A program made the position numbers and the translations under genes. DNA of 64,000 bases, from positions 16,768-80,767 of the forward strand of contig DASZEJ010000129.1 in NCBI GenBank assembly GCA_035940955.1, read 5' to 3'. This DNA is from Solirubrobacteraceae bacterium. GTDB taxonomy: Bacteria; Actinomycetota; Thermoleophilia; Solirubrobacterales; Solirubrobacteraceae. This document shows, in pieces, positions 60,958-64,000 of the stretch. Every line of letters begins with the position of its first letter. The stretch's first letter is position 1. Below the pieces are notes generated by a model. That model saw nothing but the letters and a program-made list of their open reading frames with translations, did no database searches and was not told the origin of the DNA.

Positions 60958-62124
60958 ATGCAGCAGGCCGCCGTGCGGGCGCCCGCGTGGCTGCTCGGGC
61001 TGGTCCCGCTGCTGCTGCTCGTCGGGGTCATCGGCGCGTTCGCGCTGCTCGACGGCCCGGGGCTGGGCGACCGCAACGGCGTCCCGGTGGAGGAGGTCGC
61101 GGTCGAGCGCACCGTGCTCGAGCCCGGCTCGATCGAGCTGACCGTCCGCAACGACGGCCCGGACGCCGTGCGCATCGCCCAGGCGCAGGTCAACGACGCG
61201 TTCGTCCCCTTCACCGGCGCCGAGCAGGAGATCGGCAGGCTCGGCACCGCGACCGTGCGCATCGCGTACCCGTGGAACGAGGGCGAGGCCTACGACGTCA
61301 CGCTCGTGACCGCGACCGGCGGCACCGTCGGCCACGCCATCGACGTCGCCGCCGAGACGCCCGACAGCGACCTGTCGTTCTTCGGCCTCATGGCGCTGCT
61401 CGGCGTGTACGTCGGCGTCATCCCCGTCGCGCTGGGGATGCTGTGGCTGCCGTGGATCCGGCGCATCCCCGGCCGGTGGCTGCGCGCGGTGATGGCGCTG
61501 ACCGTCGGGCTGCTCGCGTTCCTGGCGATCGACGCGACGCTGGAGGGGGTGGAGCTGGCCGGCGAGGGCTCGCAGGCGTTCGGCGGCGCCGCGCTCGTCT
61601 TCCTCGGCGCTGCCGCGTCCTACCTCGGCCTGACCGGCGTGTCGGCGTGGCTGGAGAGCAGGCGCGCGGGCGCCGGCGGCGAGCGGCTCGCGCTCCTGAT
61701 CGCCGCGGGCATCGGCCTGCACAACCTCGGCGAGGGCGTCGCGATCGGCTCCTCGTACGCGGTCGGGGCGCTCGCGCTCGGCGCGTTCCTCGTCGTCGGC
61801 TTCGCGATCCACAACACGACCGAGGGGCTGGCGATCGTCGCCCCGCTCGCCGACGGCCGCGCCACGCCGGGAAGGCTCGCGGTGCTCGGCCTGCTCGCCG
61901 GCGCGCCCGCGATCGCCGGCGCGTGGATCGGCGCCGCCGCCTTCAACGCGAGCGTCGCCGCGTTCCTGTTCGGCTTCGGGGCCGGGGCGATCGCCCAGGT
62001 GATCGTGCAGCTCGCCCCGTCGCTGCGCGACGAGAGCGGCCGCGCGCTGCACCCGGCGGCGGTCGCGGGGCTCCTCGCCGGGATGGCGGTCATGTTCGCG
62101 ACGGGACTGCTGGTGGCGGTGTGA
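60958..62124 (+). CDS. ZIP-family metal transporter with an N-terminal extracytoplasmic domain
   Basis: The ATG follows the MCO stop directly. 'GIGLHNLGEGVAIG' and 'FAIHNTTEGLAI' are ZIP signature helices. Confidence 0.8.
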   Translation: MQQAAVRAPAWLLGLVPLLLLVGVIGAFALLDGPGLGDRNGVPVEEVAVERTVLEPGSIELTVRNDGPDAVRIAQAQVNDAFVPFTGAEQEIGRLGTATVRIAYPWNEGEAYDVTLVTATGGTVGHAIDVAAETPDSDLSFFGLMALLGVYVGVIPVALGMLWLPWIRRIPGRWLRAVMALTVGLLAFLAIDATLEGVELAGEGSQAFGGAALVFLGAAASYLGLTGVSAWLESRRAGAGGERLALLIAAGIGLHNLGEGVAIGSSYAVGALALGAFLVVGFAIHNTTEGLAIVAPLADGRATPGRLAVLGLLAGAPAIAGAWIGAAAFNASVAAFLFGFGAGAIAQVIVQLAPSLRDESGRALHPAAVAGLLAGMAVMFATGLLVAV

Positions 62125-62795
62125 GCGCGACCGAGGGCGTCAGCTCCGCCGTCCAGGACTACGCGAAGGCGATCTACGCGCTGCAGGCGCGCGGCGGCGG
62201 CGAGCCGGTCGCGACGAACGACCTGGCCGCGCGGCTCGGGGTCACGCCGGCGTCGGCGTCGAGCATGGTCCGCAAGCTCGCCGAGCAGGGCCTCGCGCAC
62301 CTCGAGCCCTACCACGGCGTCACGCTGACGCCGGCGGGCGAGCGCGTCGCGCTCGAGGTGCTGCGCCACCACCGGCTGCTCGAGCTGTACCTCGCCGAGC
62401 ACCTCGGCGTCCCGTGGGACCGCGTCCACGAGGAGGCCGAGGCGCTCGAGCACGTCATCTCCGAGGACCTCGAGGCGCGGATCGCCGCCAAGCTCGGCGA
62501 CCCGACGCACGACCCGCACGGCGACCCGATCCCGTCCGCCGACCTGGCCATCGACGAGACGCAGACCTCCAGCCTGGAGGCGCTCGACGTCGGCGCGCGC
62601 GGCCGGTTCGTGCGCGTCTCCGACTCCGACCCGGCCATGCTGCGCTACCTCGACGAGCGGGGGATCGCGATCGGCGACGAGCTCGAGGTCGTCGAGCGCC
62701 AGCCGTTCGGCGGGCCGGCGACGGTGCTGATCGGCGGCGAGCGGCAGGTGGTCGGCGGCGCGCTGGCGCGTGCGATGCGGGTGCAGGTCGGGTAG
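62121..62795 (+). CDS. DtxR/IdeR/MntR-family metal-dependent transcriptional regulator with a FeoA/SH3-like C-terminal domain
   Basis: GTGA overlap with the ZIP gene. 'DYAKAIYAL', 'LAARLGVTPASASSMVRKLAEQGL' (HTH) and 'LRHHRLLELYL' are present. Confidence 0.88.
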   Translation: MSATEGVSSAVQDYAKAIYALQARGGGEPVATNDLAARLGVTPASASSMVRKLAEQGLAHLEPYHGVTLTPAGERVALEVLRHHRLLELYLAEHLGVPWDRVHEEAEALEHVISEDLEARIAAKLGDPTHDPHGDPIPSADLAIDETQTSSLEALDVGARGRFVRVSDSDPAMLRYLDERGIAIGDELEVVERQPFGGPATVLIGGERQVVGGALARAMRVQVG

Positions 62796-62805
62796 CCCTG
62801 GGCGC

Positions 62806-64000
62806 CATGACCGCCCGCGCCACCGAGTCGCTCTGGCTCGACCAAGCCCCCTCGACCGCCTACCCGCCGCTCGCCCGCGACCTCGACGTGGACGTCGCGG
62901 TGATCGGCGGCGGCATCGCCGGCGTGACGACCGCGCTGCTGTGCAAGCACGACGGGCTGCGCGTCGCGGTGCTGGAGCGCGGGGCGATCTCCGCCGCGGC
63001 GACCGGGATGAGCACGGCCAAGTGCAGCGCGCTGCAGAAGACGCTGCTCTCCGAGGTCCGCCGGACGTGCGGCAGCGACGCCCTCGCCGCGTACGCGCAG
63101 GCGAACCTCGCGGCGGTCGAGCGCATGGAGGCGCTGGTGCGCGAGCTCGCGATCGACTGCGGCTGGGAGCGGGTGCCCGACTACACGTACGCGGCCGACG
63201 ACTCGCAGGTTTCGACCGTGGAGCAGGTCGTCGAGGCCGGGCGCGAGGCGGGGCTGGCGGTCGAGCTGACGACCGACGTGCCGCTGCCGTTCGACGTGCC
63301 GGCCGCCGCGCGACTGGACGCGCAGGCGCAGTTCCAGCCCGCGACGTACACGCGCGCGCTCGCCGCGGCGGTCGACGGCGACGGCTCGTCGGTCTTCGAG
63401 TCGACGACGGTCACCGGCGTCACCGAGGGCTCGCCGCACGAGGTCCACGTCGAGGGCGGCGCCACCGTGCGCGCGCGGCACGTCGTCGTCGCGACGCAGT
63501 ACCCGCTGCTCGACCGCGGCGTGTTCTTCGCGCGCCTGGAGGCGACGCGGTCCTACATCGTCGCCGGCCGGCCGGCGGTGGCGCCGCCGCGCGCGATGCT
63601 CATCACCGCCGGCCAGCCGACCCGCTCGGTGCGCGCGCACGGCGACTGGCTCCTGATCGGCGGCGAGGGCCACCAGACCGGCGCGTCGAAGGCCGACCCG
63701 GATCGCTACGAGCAGCTCATGGAGTTCGGCCGCCGCCACTTCGGGATCGCGGAGTTCCCCTACCGCTGGTCGACGCAGGACGGGATGCCGGTCGACCACA
63801 TGCCGTACGTCGGGCGCTACCACCCCCGCGCGGACGGGCTGTGGGTCGCCGGCGGGTTCCAGAAGTGGGGGATGACGAACGGCACGGTCGCGGCGACGAT
63901 CCTCAGCGACCTGATCGCCGGCCGCGAGAACCCGCACGCCGAGCACTTCGACCCGAACCGCGCCCGCGTGCGCAGCGCGCCGAAGCTCGCCCAGGTCAAC
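62806..64000 (+). CDS. FAD-dependent oxidoreductase (DAO family), 3' end outside the window
   Basis: This ORF is not in the track because no stop falls within the window. My hand translation from the ATG at 62806 reads 'MTARATESLWLDQ...DVAVIGGGIAGVTTALL...' (Rossmann GxGxxG), and the frame stays open to nt 64000. Confidence 0.8.

Overview
This is a 64-kb stretch of very high-GC chromosome that looks like Actinomycetota. GTG and TTG starts are frequent, and neighbouring genes often share 4-nt ATGA or GTGA stop/start overlaps. All product names come from reading motifs in the supplied translations; no database search was run.

Core content, left to right:
- An oxidative pentose-phosphate operon (pgi, gnd, zwf, opcA, pgl).
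- A secreted glycosidase-like gene on the minus strand.
- Six tightly coupled Mce/MlaD-family genes plus a small membrane protein, with no YrbE/MlaE permease or ATPase gene beside them.
- A divergent HxlR / DsbA-like pair with a perfect 14-bp palindrome between them.
- A HAMP adenylate cyclase and a ThDP-dependent enzyme.
- A continuous ORF that fuses a 2-hydroxyacid dehydrogenase to Ppx/GppA.
- An initiator tRNA-fMet.

Immediately 3' of the tRNA lies an island of about 11.7 kb (roughly 23.8-35.5 kb) that is visibly lower in GC. It carries:
- A 1248-aa protein with an unknown N-terminal domain, a RecD-like SF1 helicase core and a PD-(D/E)xK-like C-terminus. This is my best candidate for an undescribed defence gene.
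- A divergent 235-aa helical protein.
- An intact-looking Type III R-M pair (mod and res).
- A small orphan ORF.
- A frameshifted ORF with a HEPN motif.
- A decayed MobF/TrwC relaxase.
I found no integrase in the island.

Downstream core content:
- A coupled citrate synthase / aconitase / PrpD-family trio. The aconitase carries two in-frame tandem duplications.
- YrdC-like, CoA-Nudix, MFS, amidohydrolase and Rieske genes.
- GT2, a CpsB-like phosphatase, and a P-loop-kinase-like protein with a degenerate Walker A.
- Secreted hydrolases and proteases, a membrane-anchored double AAA+ ATPase, and a beta-propeller protein.
- WS/DGAT and msrA.
- A candidate operon of a two-domain multicopper oxidase, a ZIP transporter and a DtxR-family regulator.
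- A 3'-truncated FAD oxidoreductase.

Most long Arg/Ala/Pro-rich ORFs in the six-frame track are out-of-frame or antisense artefacts of the GC content. No CRISPR array, rRNA or prophage structural genes were seen.
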